A stretch of DNA of 64,000 nt. It comes from Acidobacteriota bacterium. Lineage in GTDB: Bacteria; Acidobacteriota; Thermoanaerobaculia; Thermoanaerobaculales; Sulfomarinibacteraceae. The notes under the pieces were generated by a model, which made no database searches, was not told the origin of the DNA, and saw nothing but the letters and a program-made list of their open reading frames with translations. Shown here one piece after another: positions 37,217 through 48,173 of the stretch. The DNA lies in assembly GCA_013152925.1 (NCBI GenBank), contig JAADFK010000092.1, positions 167-64,166 of the forward strand. Direction: 5' to 3'. A program made the translations under genes and the position numbers. How positions within the stretch are numbered: the first letter of the stretch is position 1; each line of letters starts with the position of its first letter.

Positions 37217-38812
37217 ATGAGCTTCGAGCTGGCCGTCATCGCCGCCCTGCTCCTGGCCAGCATCGTGGGGATGTTGGCCCAGCGGCTGCGGCTTCCGTAC
37301 ACCGTCTCGCTCGTCATCGTCGGGCTGGTTTTCGCCGTCGTGCGCGACCGCTTTTTCCCCGGCTTCGACCCTGGCCTCCACCTGACGCCCCAGCTCCTGT
37401 TCACCATTCTCCTCCCGGCCCTGGTGTACGAGGCCGCCTTCCACCTGGAGCTCCGCCACTTCCTGGAGACCTGGCGCACCGTTCTCGTGCTCGCCGTACC
37501 GGGCGTCCTGGTGGGTACTGCGCTGACCTTCGGCGCCTCCTGGGCCGTGCTTGGGACCTTGGGACTCCAGCTTCCGTGGCCCGTTCTCCTCCTGGCCTCC
37601 ACCATCCTCGCCGCGACGGACCCCGTGGGCGTCCTGGCCCTGCTGCGCGAGGTGGGCGCTCCGCGCCGGCTCGCCGTCATCATGGAGGGCGAGAGCCTGC
37701 TCAACGACGGGATCGCCATCGTCGCGTTCGGCGTTGTCCTGACGGCCCTGGGGCTGGACCCGCACCACGCCACCCTGACCTTCGGCTGGGTGGTCCGCTT
37801 CTTGAGCTGGGAGATCCTCGGCGCGGTCCTGATCGGCGGTGCGCTTGGCCTCGGGCTTTCCTGGCTGACCTCGACCATCGATGACCACCTGATCGAGATC
37901 ACGCTGACGACGATCTCCGCCTTCGGCAGCTTCCTCCTGGCCGACCAGGCCCATGCCTCGGGCATCATCGCCTGCCTGGTGGCCGGCGTGCTCTCCGGAA
38001 ACGTGGGGGCCACCTACGGCATGTCCGCCTCCACCCGCGTTGCCGTCACCTCCTTCTGGGAGTACGCCGCTTTCGTTGCCAACTCCATCATCTTTCTGCT
38101 CGTGGGGCTCGAGACCTCTCCCATGCGCCTGGTGCAGATCGCCGCCGTCGTCCTGGTGGTCTGGCTCTCCATGCAGCTCGCCAGGAGCCTGTTCATCGCC
38201 GGCTCGCTTCCCATCATGGAACCCGTCCGTTTCGCCTCCCGGAAGGGCCTGGTGGCCGTTCTGACCTGGGGCGGGCTTCGCGGCGGCGTGGCCATGGTTC
38301 TCGCCATGTCGGTGCCACGGACATGGGCGTACCGCCAACAGCTGATCGACGTGGTCTTCGGCGCGGTACTCCTGACGATCCTTCTCCAAGCCCCCACCAT
38401 GCCCCTTCTCCTCCGTCTCTTCGGCATCGGCCGGGACAAGGGCTTCCGCCAAGAGGCCGTGCTGCTGAGGACGCGGCTCCGAGCGCTCAACGAAGCCGAG
38501 CGCTACCTGGAGCGCCAACACGAGGCCGGCGCCGTGCTGCCGGAGGTCTACGAGAGCCTTCGGAGCGAGTTCGTCCGGCGCCGGGAAGAGCTGGACACGC
38601 TCGGGAAGCAACTCCGGATCGACGCGGGAGCTATCCTCGACGAGGAACGGCGGGAGCTGGAGCGGCAGCTGGCGCTGGTGGAGAAGGAGTCCGTTCGCCA
38701 GTCCTACGCCCAGGGCGCCCTGGATGACCACCTGATGCGGCGCCTCGTCCGGGAGATCGACGACCGGATCCTCGCCCTGGACGAAGGCCCGAAAAGCTCC
38801 ACCAGGGGGTGA
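37217..38812 (+). CDS. CPA1-family Na+(K+)/H+ antiporter (NhaP-type) with a cytoplasmic C-terminal tail
   Basis: About 11-12 TM segments and conserved ATDPV and LLNDG motifs. 531 aa. Confidence 0.85.
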   Translation: MSFELAVIAALLLASIVGMLAQRLRLPYTVSLVIVGLVFAVVRDRFFPGFDPGLHLTPQLLFTILLPALVYEAAFHLELRHFLETWRTVLVLAVPGVLVGTALTFGASWAVLGTLGLQLPWPVLLLASTILAATDPVGVLALLREVGAPRRLAVIMEGESLLNDGIAIVAFGVVLTALGLDPHHATLTFGWVVRFLSWEILGAVLIGGALGLGLSWLTSTIDDHLIEITLTTISAFGSFLLADQAHASGIIACLVAGVLSGNVGATYGMSASTRVAVTSFWEYAAFVANSIIFLLVGLETSPMRLVQIAAVVLVVWLSMQLARSLFIAGSLPIMEPVRFASRKGLVAVLTWGGLRGGVAMVLAMSVPRTWAYRQQLIDVVFGAVLLTILLQAPTMPLLLRLFGIGRDKGFRQEAVLLRTRLRALNEAERYLERQHEAGAVLPEVYESLRSEFVRRREELDTLGKQLRIDAGAILDEERRELERQLALVEKESVRQSYAQGALDDHLMRRLVREIDDRILALDEGPKSSTRG

Positions 38813-38959
38813 GGGCGCAGCGAACGCGGACGGACGTGGTCCGCTGTCACCGCCAGCGCCAAAGGCGTTGACGACAGCCACCGGCCGTGAGAGTCTAAGC
38901 CAGCTCCCGGCAACCGTCCGGCGCGGTTTCCGTATTACGTGGGGGAGTATTGAACCAAC

Positions 38960-40357
38960 ATGTCAGGATCCCGCACCATTCTCTGCACGCTCGTGGCGGC
39001 CTCCCTGTCGCTGGCGGCCTTCGCCGGAAGCGGTGAGGAGCCCCCCTCGACGCTGGCCGAGATCGTCCGCTCGGCGCTCCACACCAACGAGGTGATGGAG
39101 CGGGCGAGCTCCCGTATCCGGCGCTCGGCGGCCGACGTTAAGCTCGCCGGATCGGCGATCCTCCCGCGCTTCGAGCTCAACGGGCGCTACACGCGGTACC
39201 AGAAGGAGGTCTCCTTCGACGTTGGAGGGGGACAGTCCTTCGTGCTCCAGCCCCTCGGTGACTGGAACTATTCGGCCGACATTCGACAGACCCTGTTCTA
39301 CGGGCTGCGGGACTGGCGGGCCAGGGACGTCGCCCGCCTTCGCCGGACCATCGCCCGGATCGACCGCTTGAGCACCGCGTCCGACCTGACGCTCCAGGTC
39401 AGTCAGGCTTTCTTCGACGCCGTGGCGGCGCGGCAACGTGTTGACGTTCGCAGGGCCACGATCAAGCAGGTGAAGGAGCAGCGCCGGGTTGCCCAACGCC
39501 GCTTCGAGGTGGGGGAGCTGACCTCGGCCGACGTGGCGCGCTGGACGGCACAGCTGGCCGCCGAACGCCAGGCGCTCGTGGTGGCCGAGGGGCAGGCCGA
39601 GCTGGCACGCCAGCGCCTGGCCCGGCTCGCCGGCCTCCGGCAAGTCGGCCCCCTCAACCCTCCGGCGACGGTGCCGCCGCCACCGGGTACCGACGAGGAG
39701 CTTCGCCACCGCGCCCTCGAACAGCGTCCCGAGATCGCTTCTCTGGACACCCAGCTCGAGGCGGCGGGCCTGATGATCCGGGTCGAGAAGGGCGCCTGGC
39801 TGCCCGAGCTCGACGCACACATCCAGTACGTGGAGCAACGGGCGGACTTCCCCACCAAGAACTGGTTTTCCCTGACCTTCAACCTCCGGGTCCCGATCTA
39901 CGACGGCGGGCTGACGGCCGCACGGGTCGCCCGGGCCAAGGAGGACCTGGTGGAGGTGGAGGTGCTCCGGCGCAGCATGATCAAGGCGATTCTCGACCAG
40001 GCCGATCGCGCCATCATCACCTACCGCACGGCCGTTGCAGCCCTCGAGGCCTCCAAGACCCGGCGTGACGCGGCCCGCGAGGCTCATCGCCAGGTGGACC
40101 GCGCCTACACCGTCGGGGAAGCCACGGCAACCGATCTCCTGTCCGCCACCACCGAGATGACCGATGCGCGGATCTCCGCCATCATCGCCCACTGGACCCG
40201 CGAGGTCGCCGCCATCGCCCTGCGGCACGCCATCGGGATCCCACCGGTGCCGGACGTCAACCTGCCCGGCGGCCTGGCAGAGCCCGTGCCGGCGCCATCC
40301 CCGAACGAGGCCGCAACACCAGCGCCCCCACCCCACGAGACGAGGAGAAGCCCGTGA
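38960..40357 (+). CDS. TolC-family outer-membrane efflux protein
   Basis: Signal peptide and duplicated OEP repeats with long helical segments. First gene of an OMF-MFP-RND operon. Confidence 0.8.
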   Translation: MSGSRTILCTLVAASLSLAAFAGSGEEPPSTLAEIVRSALHTNEVMERASSRIRRSAADVKLAGSAILPRFELNGRYTRYQKEVSFDVGGGQSFVLQPLGDWNYSADIRQTLFYGLRDWRARDVARLRRTIARIDRLSTASDLTLQVSQAFFDAVAARQRVDVRRATIKQVKEQRRVAQRRFEVGELTSADVARWTAQLAAERQALVVAEGQAELARQRLARLAGLRQVGPLNPPATVPPPPGTDEELRHRALEQRPEIASLDTQLEAAGLMIRVEKGAWLPELDAHIQYVEQRADFPTKNWFSLTFNLRVPIYDGGLTAARVARAKEDLVEVEVLRRSMIKAILDQADRAIITYRTAVAALEASKTRRDAAREAHRQVDRAYTVGEATATDLLSATTEMTDARISAIIAHWTREVAAIALRHAIGIPPVPDVNLPGGLAEPVPAPSPNEAATPAPPPHETRRSP

Positions 40358-41466
40358 CACGACAACTGAGCGTTTCGTTGCTCTCCCTCGCCCTCGTCGC
40401 TGCAGCCTGCGGCGGTCGTGGGACCGACACCCCGGAGATCGCCAGGGCGGTCCGCGAGAAGGCCCTGGCTCCGCGCCCCGTCCGCTTGATCACTCCCGAG
40501 GTCCGCGAGGAGCACGCCACCCTCGACCTGGTGGGCCAGCTCAAGTCCGACGAGCTGGTGGCCGTGCCTGCCGAGGTGGAGGGCCGTGTCGACAAGGTCC
40601 TGGTGAACGTGGGTGACGTCGTCCGGAAGAACCAACCCCTGGCGGAGATCGATCGCTCCACGTGGAAGAACCGCCTCGAGCAGGCCGAAGCCGAGCTGGG
40701 ATCGGCGGTCGCCGACCTGTCCCTGGCCGAGAAAGAGCTCAATCGCAAGAAGGACCTTCTCTCGGACAAGACCATCTCCCAGGCGGCCTTCGACCGGGCC
40801 CAGGCCCAGTACGATCTGGCCGTGGCGGCCGTCAAGAAGGCCCAGGCGGCCCAGGATCTGGCCACGAGGAACTGGGAGCGGAGCGTCGTCCGCGCTCCGT
40901 CCGCCGGCAAGGTCGCGCGGCGCGACGTCGATCCGGGGGAGTGGGCCGACGTGGGGAATCCCATCGTCGAGCTCTCCACGGGCCGCGGCCTCAAGGTCTC
41001 CGCTCGGGTCCCGGAGCGATTCGCCTCCACCTTCCGGGGGATCCAGTCGTTCACCTTCACGGTTGGTGAGAAGGGTCCATCCATGACCGCGAAGATCTTC
41101 AGCATCGAGCCCGTCGTCGAGGGCAGCTCCCGATCGTACGAGATCACCGGCCGGGCGAAGAACCCCGGCGGAAGGTACCGTCCGGGCATGTTCGCCAAGG
41201 TCCACCTGGAGGCGCCCAGCGTCAAACGCTCACTCTGGTTGCCGCGGACGGCCGTGGTGGCGTCGGACATGCCGGAGATCATGCTCGTGGAGGGCGGCAC
41301 GACAGCGATCCGCAAGGTGCAAACGGGGCGCCGGCAGGGGGGCAAGGTGGAGGTCGTGTCGGGCCTGAGCGCGAACGAAAAGGTCATCGCCGACGTGGCC
41401 GGCCTGGCCCGGGGCATCCCGGTGAAGATCGTGGGGAGCGAGGAGAGGGCGAAGGATAAGGGATAG
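40354..41466 (+). CDS. Efflux RND periplasmic adaptor (membrane-fusion) lipoprotein
   Basis: GTGA start/stop overlap with the OMF gene. Lipobox LVAAACGG. Coiled-coil hairpin and beta-barrel segments (APSAGKVARRDVDPGEW). Confidence 0.85.
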   Translation: MTRQLSVSLLSLALVAAACGGRGTDTPEIARAVREKALAPRPVRLITPEVREEHATLDLVGQLKSDELVAVPAEVEGRVDKVLVNVGDVVRKNQPLAEIDRSTWKNRLEQAEAELGSAVADLSLAEKELNRKKDLLSDKTISQAAFDRAQAQYDLAVAAVKKAQAAQDLATRNWERSVVRAPSAGKVARRDVDPGEWADVGNPIVELSTGRGLKVSARVPERFASTFRGIQSFTFTVGEKGPSMTAKIFSIEPVVEGSSRSYEITGRAKNPGGRYRPGMFAKVHLEAPSVKRSLWLPRTAVVASDMPEIMLVEGGTTAIRKVQTGRRQGGKVEVVSGLSANEKVIADVAGLARGIPVKIVGSEERAKDKG

Positions 41467-41669
41467 AGAGGATACGGACCAATGAATACGGATAGAGAGG
41501 ACACGAGACCGATGCGAGAGGTGTGGAGAGCCGGGCCCTCGAGCCCCCGGGCGTGTTGCGTTGCCCCCCGGCCCGTCTCCAGCAACCCCCTCTCCTCCAT
41601 CCCGTTCGCGAGCTCTCATTCTTCTCCTTCATTCCTTCTTTCCAGCGCCTCCCACCTCACTCTTGCCCC
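41441..41669. repeat. Bipartite purine-arm / pyrimidine-arm intergenic element (copy A)
   Basis: The purine-rich arm carries a 12-bp direct repeat ggatagagagga (41461-41472 and 41490-41501). A GC-rich spacer follows, then an ~80-nt pyrimidine-rich arm (41588-41669; ctctcattcttctccttcattccttctttcc) that runs up to the RND ATG. Confidence 0.7.
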
Positions 41670-44600
41670 ATGAACCTCTACGATACTGCCATCCGCCGTC
41701 CGGTCTTCACCGTCATGCTGATGGCGGCCCTGATCGTCTTCGGCGTGCTGGGCTACGTCTCGCTGCCCATCAACCTCCTGCCCTCCCTGGACATCCCCGT
41801 GGTCACGGTGACCACGACCCTGCCAGGCGCTTCCCCCGAGGTCATGGATTCGGACGTCACCGATGTCATCGAATCCGCCGTCAATACCATCGAGGGGATC
41901 AAGCACATCAACTCGTACTCCGGCCAGAGCATCTCCCAGGTGACCATCACCTTCGATCTGGAGCGGGACATCGAGACGGCGGCCCAGGACGTGAGGGACA
42001 AGGTCTCGGGGGCCGTTGGGAACCTGCCGCTGGACGCCGAACCCCCCGTTGTCCAGAAGCTCGACATCAACTCCAAGCCCATGCTGTGGATCGCACTTTC
42101 CGGACTTGACAAGCGAAGCATCTCGGACTACGCCGACCGGGTCGTCAAGCCACGGTTGCAGTCCGTTCCGGGCGTGGGGAACGTCTTCATGGGAGGGTTC
42201 CGCAAGCGGATGATCCGAATCTGGCTCGACCGCGACAAGCTGGCCGCCTTCCACCTGACGCCGGGTGATGTCGTCCACGCCCTGGGGCGGGAAAACCTCG
42301 AGCTGCCCGCCGGCTACATCGAGGGTCCCATCGAGGAGCTGGCCGTCCGCAACATGGGCCTGTTCAAGAACGTCCGTGATTTCGATCGCATGATCATCGC
42401 CGACGTCAAGGGACGTCCCATCCGTCTTGCCGACGTGGGCTTCGCCGAGGACGGAATGGGCGACGAGCGGGGTGTCGGGCGGTTCAACCTCGTTCCGGCC
42501 CTGGGGCTCGGTATCGCGCCCCGCTCCGGCGCCAACCTCGTGGAGGTCTCGAAGAAGGTCCGCCAGCGGATGGCCGAGCTCTCCAAGGAGTTTCCCAGGG
42601 GCGTCGAGTACGATATCGCCTTCGACGCCGCCGAGTACGTGGAGAAGTCCATCGAGAACGTCCAGGTGGACATCCTCTACGGCGCCTTCCTGGCCATCCT
42701 GGTTGTCTTCGTGTTCTTGCGCTCCTGGCGGTCGACCATCATCGTCTCGCTGGCCATTCCCACGTCCCTCATCGCGACCTTCGGTTTCATGCGGGTCATG
42801 GGCTTCTCCCTCAACAACCTGACGACCCTGGCACTGGCCCTCTCGGTGGGCGTCGTCATCGACGACGCCATCGTCGTCCTGGAAAACATCTTCCGCCACC
42901 AGGAGGAGGGCGAGACGCCGGTGGAGGCCGCCCACAACGGCACCCGCGAGATCGCCCTGGCGGCCATGGCGGCCACCTTCTCCATCGTCGCCGTCTTCAT
43001 CCCGGTGGCTTACATGAAAGGGATGATCGGCCAGTTCCTCTACGAGTTCGGCCTCTCGGTTGCCGTGGCCATCCTGATCTCCCTCTTCGTCGCCCTGACC
43101 CTGACGCCCATGCTCTCCTCGCGCTTCCTGCGGGTCCGTCCCAGGCACGGCACCCTCTATTCCCTGCTGGAACGGGGCTTCTCTGCCCTCGAGCGAGCGT
43201 ACTCGAAGGGCCTCGGCTGGACCTTGCGTTTTCGCTGGTCCACCGTCGCCCTGGCCGGCCTCCTCTTTCTGGGCAGCCTCGCCCTGGTTCCCCTCATGGG
43301 GGCCGAGTTCGCACCCCAGGAGGACATGTCCATGTTCATGGTCAACATGGAGGCGCCCGTGGGCACCTCCATCCGCCGCATGGACGCCCTCCTCCAGCAG
43401 GCCGAACGCATCGTACTCTCCCAACCCGAGGTGCGTTCCGCCTTCGCCGCCATCGACATCGATGAGCGGGGCCTGGTCAACTCCGGCGTCATCTTCGCCC
43501 GCATGATCAAGCCGCGCTACCGCACGACCACACAGGGCCAGGTGGTCGCACGCCTGCGGAAGAAGCTGGCGGCCATCGAGGGGCTCGAATCCCGTGTCAT
43601 TCAGTTCTCCTTCTACAACACGAGCCAGGGCGGAGACTGGGATCTGGCCTACACCATCACCGGCCCCAACATCCACACCCTGGATGCCCTCGGCAAGAAG
43701 GTGGCCGAGAGGCTCGGGCAGGTGCCCGGCATCGTCGACGTCGATACCAACCTGGACCTCGAACAACCCCAGCTCCACATCACCGTGGACCGGGACCGGG
43801 CCCACGATCTGGGCCTGGACGCGGCGTCGGTTTTCGACACGGTGTACTCCCTGGTCGCCGGACGCAAGATCGGGTCCTTCACGACCGAGGGCAAACGGTA
43901 CGACGTCCGCGTCAAGGTCGTCCCCTGGCAGGCGAAGAACGCGGCCGACATCGGCGCCCTCCAGATCCGGACGTCATCCGGCGCCATGGTCCGCCTGGAC
44001 TCGGTCGTGCACATCACGCCCGGCTACGGTCCGGTCAACATCAACCGGACGGACCGGGAGCGGAGCCTCTTGCTGACCGCCAACCTCCACGGGATCCCAC
44101 TGAACAAGGCCCTGGAAGAGCTCAAGAGAATCCTGGCCGAGGAGCTTCCCGCCGGCTACCGTGGCAAGCCCTCGGGCCAGGCCGAGGATTTCGCCGAGTC
44201 CATGAGCTCGCTGCTCTTCGCGCTGGGCCTGGCCATCCTGATCGTCTACATGGTGTTGGCCAGTCAGTTCAACTCGTTCCTCCACCCCTTCACCATCATG
44301 TTCGCCCTGCCGCCGGCTGCCATCGGCGCTCTCGCCGCCCTCTACCTGACGGGCAACACCTTCAACATCATGTCCATGATCGGCATCATCCTGCTCTTCG
44401 GGCTCGTGACGAAGAACTCGATCCTGTTGGTGGACCTGACCATCCAACGGCGCGAGCAGGGACTCGACCGGGACGCCGCCCTGCGCGAGGCCTGCCCCAT
44501 CCGTCTCCGTCCGATCCTGATGACCGCCGTCTCCATGATCTTCGGCGTCCTCCCCGTGGCCCTCGCACTCGGGGAGGGCTCCGAGGCCCGCGCCCCCATG

Positions 44601-44738
44601 GCCATCGCCACGGCGGGCGGCATGCTGACCTCCACCCTGCTGACACTTTTCGTCGTGCCGGCGGTCTACTCCATCCTGGACAGCGGGGTCGAGCGCCTTC
44701 GCCGACGCCGCCAACGCCGCTGGATCAGCGGGGGCTGA
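41670..44738 (+). CDS. RND efflux permease (AcrB/HAE-like)
   Basis: Canonical N-terminus MNLYDTAIRRPVFTVML. TM4 motif VGVVIDDAIVVLENI (the DD form typical of HAE pumps, not the DG form of heavy-metal pumps). 12 TM segments and two large loops. Confidence 0.9.
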   Translation: MNLYDTAIRRPVFTVMLMAALIVFGVLGYVSLPINLLPSLDIPVVTVTTTLPGASPEVMDSDVTDVIESAVNTIEGIKHINSYSGQSISQVTITFDLERDIETAAQDVRDKVSGAVGNLPLDAEPPVVQKLDINSKPMLWIALSGLDKRSISDYADRVVKPRLQSVPGVGNVFMGGFRKRMIRIWLDRDKLAAFHLTPGDVVHALGRENLELPAGYIEGPIEELAVRNMGLFKNVRDFDRMIIADVKGRPIRLADVGFAEDGMGDERGVGRFNLVPALGLGIAPRSGANLVEVSKKVRQRMAELSKEFPRGVEYDIAFDAAEYVEKSIENVQVDILYGAFLAILVVFVFLRSWRSTIIVSLAIPTSLIATFGFMRVMGFSLNNLTTLALALSVGVVIDDAIVVLENIFRHQEEGETPVEAAHNGTREIALAAMAATFSIVAVFIPVAYMKGMIGQFLYEFGLSVAVAILISLFVALTLTPMLSSRFLRVRPRHGTLYSLLERGFSALERAYSKGLGWTLRFRWSTVALAGLLFLGSLALVPLMGAEFAPQEDMSMFMVNMEAPVGTSIRRMDALLQQAERIVLSQPEVRSAFAAIDIDERGLVNSGVIFARMIKPRYRTTTQGQVVARLRKKLAAIEGLESRVIQFSFYNTSQGGDWDLAYTITGPNIHTLDALGKKVAERLGQVPGIVDVDTNLDLEQPQLHITVDRDRAHDLGLDAASVFDTVYSLVAGRKIGSFTTEGKRYDVRVKVVPWQAKNAADIGALQIRTSSGAMVRLDSVVHITPGYGPVNINRTDRERSLLLTANLHGIPLNKALEELKRILAEELPAGYRGKPSGQAEDFAESMSSLLFALGLAILIVYMVLASQFNSFLHPFTIMFALPPAAIGALAALYLTGNTFNIMSMIGIILLFGLVTKNSILLVDLTIQRREQGLDRDAALREACPIRLRPILMTAVSMIFGVLPVALALGEGSEARAPMAIATAGGMLTSTLLTLFVVPAVYSILDSGVERLRRRRQRRWISGG

Positions 44739-44755
44739 CCCCGGCTGTCCCTGCC

Positions 44756-45244
44756 ATGGAGCTCCTCGGCGTTCTCTCCGACTCCCACGACGAGCTGGCA
44801 CGCCTCCGGGCGGCTGCCAACATCCTCCGCGATCGAGGCGTCACCACCGTCATTCATTGCGGTGACATCACCTCCCCGGAGAGTGTGGCCCTGCTGGCCG
44901 GCCTTCCCGTCCAGTGGGTCTTCGGCAACTGCGACTGGAGCCAGGCAGCTCTCCGCCGGGCCATGCTCCTTCACGGTCACATGTGCCACGGCCGTCACGG
45001 GACGCTCAAACGAGCCGGCCGTTCCATCGCCTTTACCCACGGCGACGACCCCGTGCTCCTCACCCGGTTCCTTGAATCCGGCGGCCATGACCTCGTGCTT
45101 CACGGCCACACCCACCGGCGCGAGGAACGCCGGGTGGGCGCCGCAAAGCTCCTCAACCCCGGTGCCCTCCGCCACGCCGATCCGCCCGGGTTTGCGCTCG
45201 TCACCCTTCCCTCCCTCCATGTCCAGTGGTTCGATCTCCCCTGA
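44756..45244 (+). CDS. YfcE/MJ0936-family metallophosphoesterase
   Basis: Motifs LSDSHD, HCGD, GNCD, HGH. Confidence 0.8.
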   Translation: MELLGVLSDSHDELARLRAAANILRDRGVTTVIHCGDITSPESVALLAGLPVQWVFGNCDWSQAALRRAMLLHGHMCHGRHGTLKRAGRSIAFTHGDDPVLLTRFLESGGHDLVLHGHTHRREERRVGAAKLLNPGALRHADPPGFALVTLPSLHVQWFDLP

Positions 45245-45366
45245 GGGCCTGGACCGCAGATGCTCTGGTATGCTGAGCCCCGTACGGGGGCGCTGGCACG
45301 GGGGTAGTCGAGCAACGGCCGGGCTTGCGCGCCCGGAGCGGGGCGAAGCTCAGAGGAGGACGAGCC

Positions 45367-45738
45367 ATGACCGATGCATCACGACGACCCGGAGACGACG
45401 CCGAAGTCTGCGCGACGGAGGCCGAAGGGGGCTTGTTGCAGGAGTGGGCCGTCCGCTGCCTCGCCCGCTTGTTTTCAGCCATGTCCGATCCGACGCGCCT
45501 CCAGATCCTCACCATCCTTGCCGGGAGGGACGAGATCACCGTGGGAGAGATCACCGAGCTGGTGGACCTCTCCATCTCCGCGGTCAGCCACCAGCTTGGC
45601 CTCCTCCGCGACCGCGACCTGGTGACCGCGCGCCGCTCGGGCCGGCAGGTCTTCTACAGCTTGACCGACGACCACGTCCGTGCCCTGCTGCAAACCGGGA
45701 TCGAGCATGCCTGCGGCGACTGCCGCCAACGCCGCTGA
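45367..45738 (+). CDS. ArsR/SmtB-family metalloregulator
   Basis: Winged HTH (SDPTRLQILTILA...ELVDLSISAVSHQLGLLRDRDLV). Cys pair near the C-terminus (HACGDC). ATG at 45367 follows GGAGGA. Confidence 0.8.
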   Translation: MTDASRRPGDDAEVCATEAEGGLLQEWAVRCLARLFSAMSDPTRLQILTILAGRDEITVGEITELVDLSISAVSHQLGLLRDRDLVTARRSGRQVFYSLTDDHVRALLQTGIEHACGDCRQRR

Positions 45739-45904
45739 CCGCCGCCGGAGCCTCCACCGGCTCCGGGCCGCCTTCGGGACGTGGCCCGGAAACGACGCCC
45801 CCTTCCTGATGACGGACCCGGCCTCACCCCCTGCGGAAACGCTGAGAGCACATGTGGCGTCACGGGTGTTAGGCAGCTGAAATGCCACCAGCCGGGGGCC
45901 ATGC

Positions 45905-46339
45905 TCACCCGCGGCGCTCGATCTCGGGAATGATGCGCTCGCGGATGGCATCCCGGACGGTGCGGAAGACGGCCATGCGGTCCTCCTCGCTCCCCGCGGC
46001 GGTGGCCGGATCGCGGAAGGAGATGTGAACCTGCTCCACGGGCCGGGGGAAAACCGGGCAGCTCTCCCTGGCCGAGTCGCAGACCGTGATCACCAGGTCC
46101 CACGCCTGGTCCAGGTAGATACCAACGTGCTCCGGCCGGCCCGCCGCGATGTCCATACCCACCTCCGCCATCGCTCTGACCGCCAGAGGGTGGACGCGAT
46201 CGGAGGGGCTTGTCCCCGCCGATCTCGCCTCCCAGCGGTCGCCCAGGAGGCCGTTGATCCACCCCTCCGCCATCTGCGACCTGCAGGAGTTCCCCGTACA
46301 CAGGATCAGCACCCGCTTCCTGTCAGCCCCTCGTTTCAA
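45905..46339 (-). CDS. arsC: Arsenate reductase, LMW-PTPase (thioredoxin-coupled) type
   Basis: P-loop CTGNSCRS and downstream Cys residues (VCDSARESCP). Confidence 0.85.
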   Translation of the reverse strand: MKRGADRKRVLILCTGNSCRSQMAEGWINGLLGDRWEARSAGTSPSDRVHPLAVRAMAEVGMDIAAGRPEHVGIYLDQAWDLVITVCDSARESCPVFPRPVEQVHISFRDPATAAGSEEDRMAVFRTVRDAIRERIIPEIERRG

Positions 46340-46377
46340 CTGAACCTCCAGATTCTCGGCCTGGCGCCATCGAATGC

Positions 46378-46406
46378 TTGACGTCGCGGCTCAATGGTAC
46401 TACATT
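46378..46406 (+). promoter_or_regulatory. Candidate promoter of the arsR-acr3 operon in the arsC/arsR divergent region
   Basis: TTGACG (46378-46383), 17-nt spacer, TACATT (46401-46406). An imperfect inverted repeat ccatcga...tcaatgg brackets the -35 element and could be an ArsR operator. Confidence 0.4.
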
Positions 46407-46421
46407 TCGCGTGGTGACGAA

Positions 46422-46813
46422 ATGAAGCACTCTCCCCTCACCCGCCTCGTCCAGACCCACAAGGCCCTGGCCCACCCGGCCCGCCTGCGCATCCTCGCCA
46501 TGCTGCGCGGCGGCGAGCTGTGCGTCTGCCAGATCACCGCCGTCCTGGGGCTGGCGCCCTCCACCGTCTCGGCGCATCTCAAGGAGCTCCGGAACGCGGG
46601 CCTGACGGCCGAGCGAAAACAGGGGAAGTGGATCTACGTCGGCCTGAGCGACGACGACGAGCTCCGCGAAACGCTGGGACGTGTCGTCGCAGAGCTCGCC
46701 GGCGATCCGCTCGTGGTCGACGACACCCGAATGGTCGCCGAGCTCCAGCGGATTCCCGTGGAGACGCTGTGCCGGGACCGGGCCGACATGGCCACGAAAG
46801 AGAGAACGACATC

Positions 46814-46817
<4 letters not shown>
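46422..46817 (+). CDS. arsR: ArsR-family arsenic-responsive repressor
   Basis: [37 protein letters not shown], which includes the CVC metalloid-binding motif. ATGA overlap with acr3. Confidence 0.85.
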
Positions 46818-47920
<1,103 letters not shown>

Positions 47921-47921
47921 G

Positions 47922-48173
47922 ATGTCCGAGAGGAGAGTCATCGAGATTCTGGGCCCCGGCTGCCCCCGCTGCCAACAGGCCTTCCGCGTAGTGAGTGATG
48001 TGGTGGAACGGGCCGGCCTCGACGTGGAGGTCCACAAGGTGGAGGACATCGATCGCATGATCGAGCTGGGAGTGCTCGCCACGCCAGCCGTCGTGGTGGA
48101 CGGCGAGCTCAAGCTGGCGGGCCAGGTGCCGAAAACCAAGCTGGTACGGAAACTCCTCGGGATCGAGGAGTGA
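47922..48173 (+). CDS. Thioredoxin-fold small redox protein (MTH895/TM0996-like)
   Basis: 83 aa with a CPRC motif (ILGPGCPRCQQ). GGAGG RBS. Starts 2 nt after the acr3 stop. Confidence 0.8.
   Translation: MSERRVIEILGPGCPRCQQAFRVVSDVVERAGLDVEVHKVEDIDRMIELGVLATPAVVVDGELKLAGQVPKTKLVRKLLGIEE

Noticed and set aside
41523-41669. 49-codon upstream extension of the RND permease ORF
   Set aside because: RND pumps begin at the M..(I/L)RRPVF motif found at 41670. The extension would translate the pyrimidine-arm repeat. It remains an alternative if the SD-less ATG is not used.
36902-43805. Long minus-strand ORFs antisense to the Na+/H+ antiporter (36902-38881), TolC (38963-40360) and RND (41616-43805) genes
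   Set aside because: Shadow ORFs. The sense-strand products have clear transporter features and the antisense translations are compositionally biased.
38960-44738. Interpreting the OMF-MFP-RND operon as a CzcCBA heavy-metal exporter, given the czc-like gene order and the nearby ArsR/SmtB regulator
   Set aside because: The TM4 motif is VIDDAIVVLEN (the DD form typical of HAE-type drug/hydrophobe pumps) rather than the DG form I associate with heavy-metal pumps. Substrate remains unknown.
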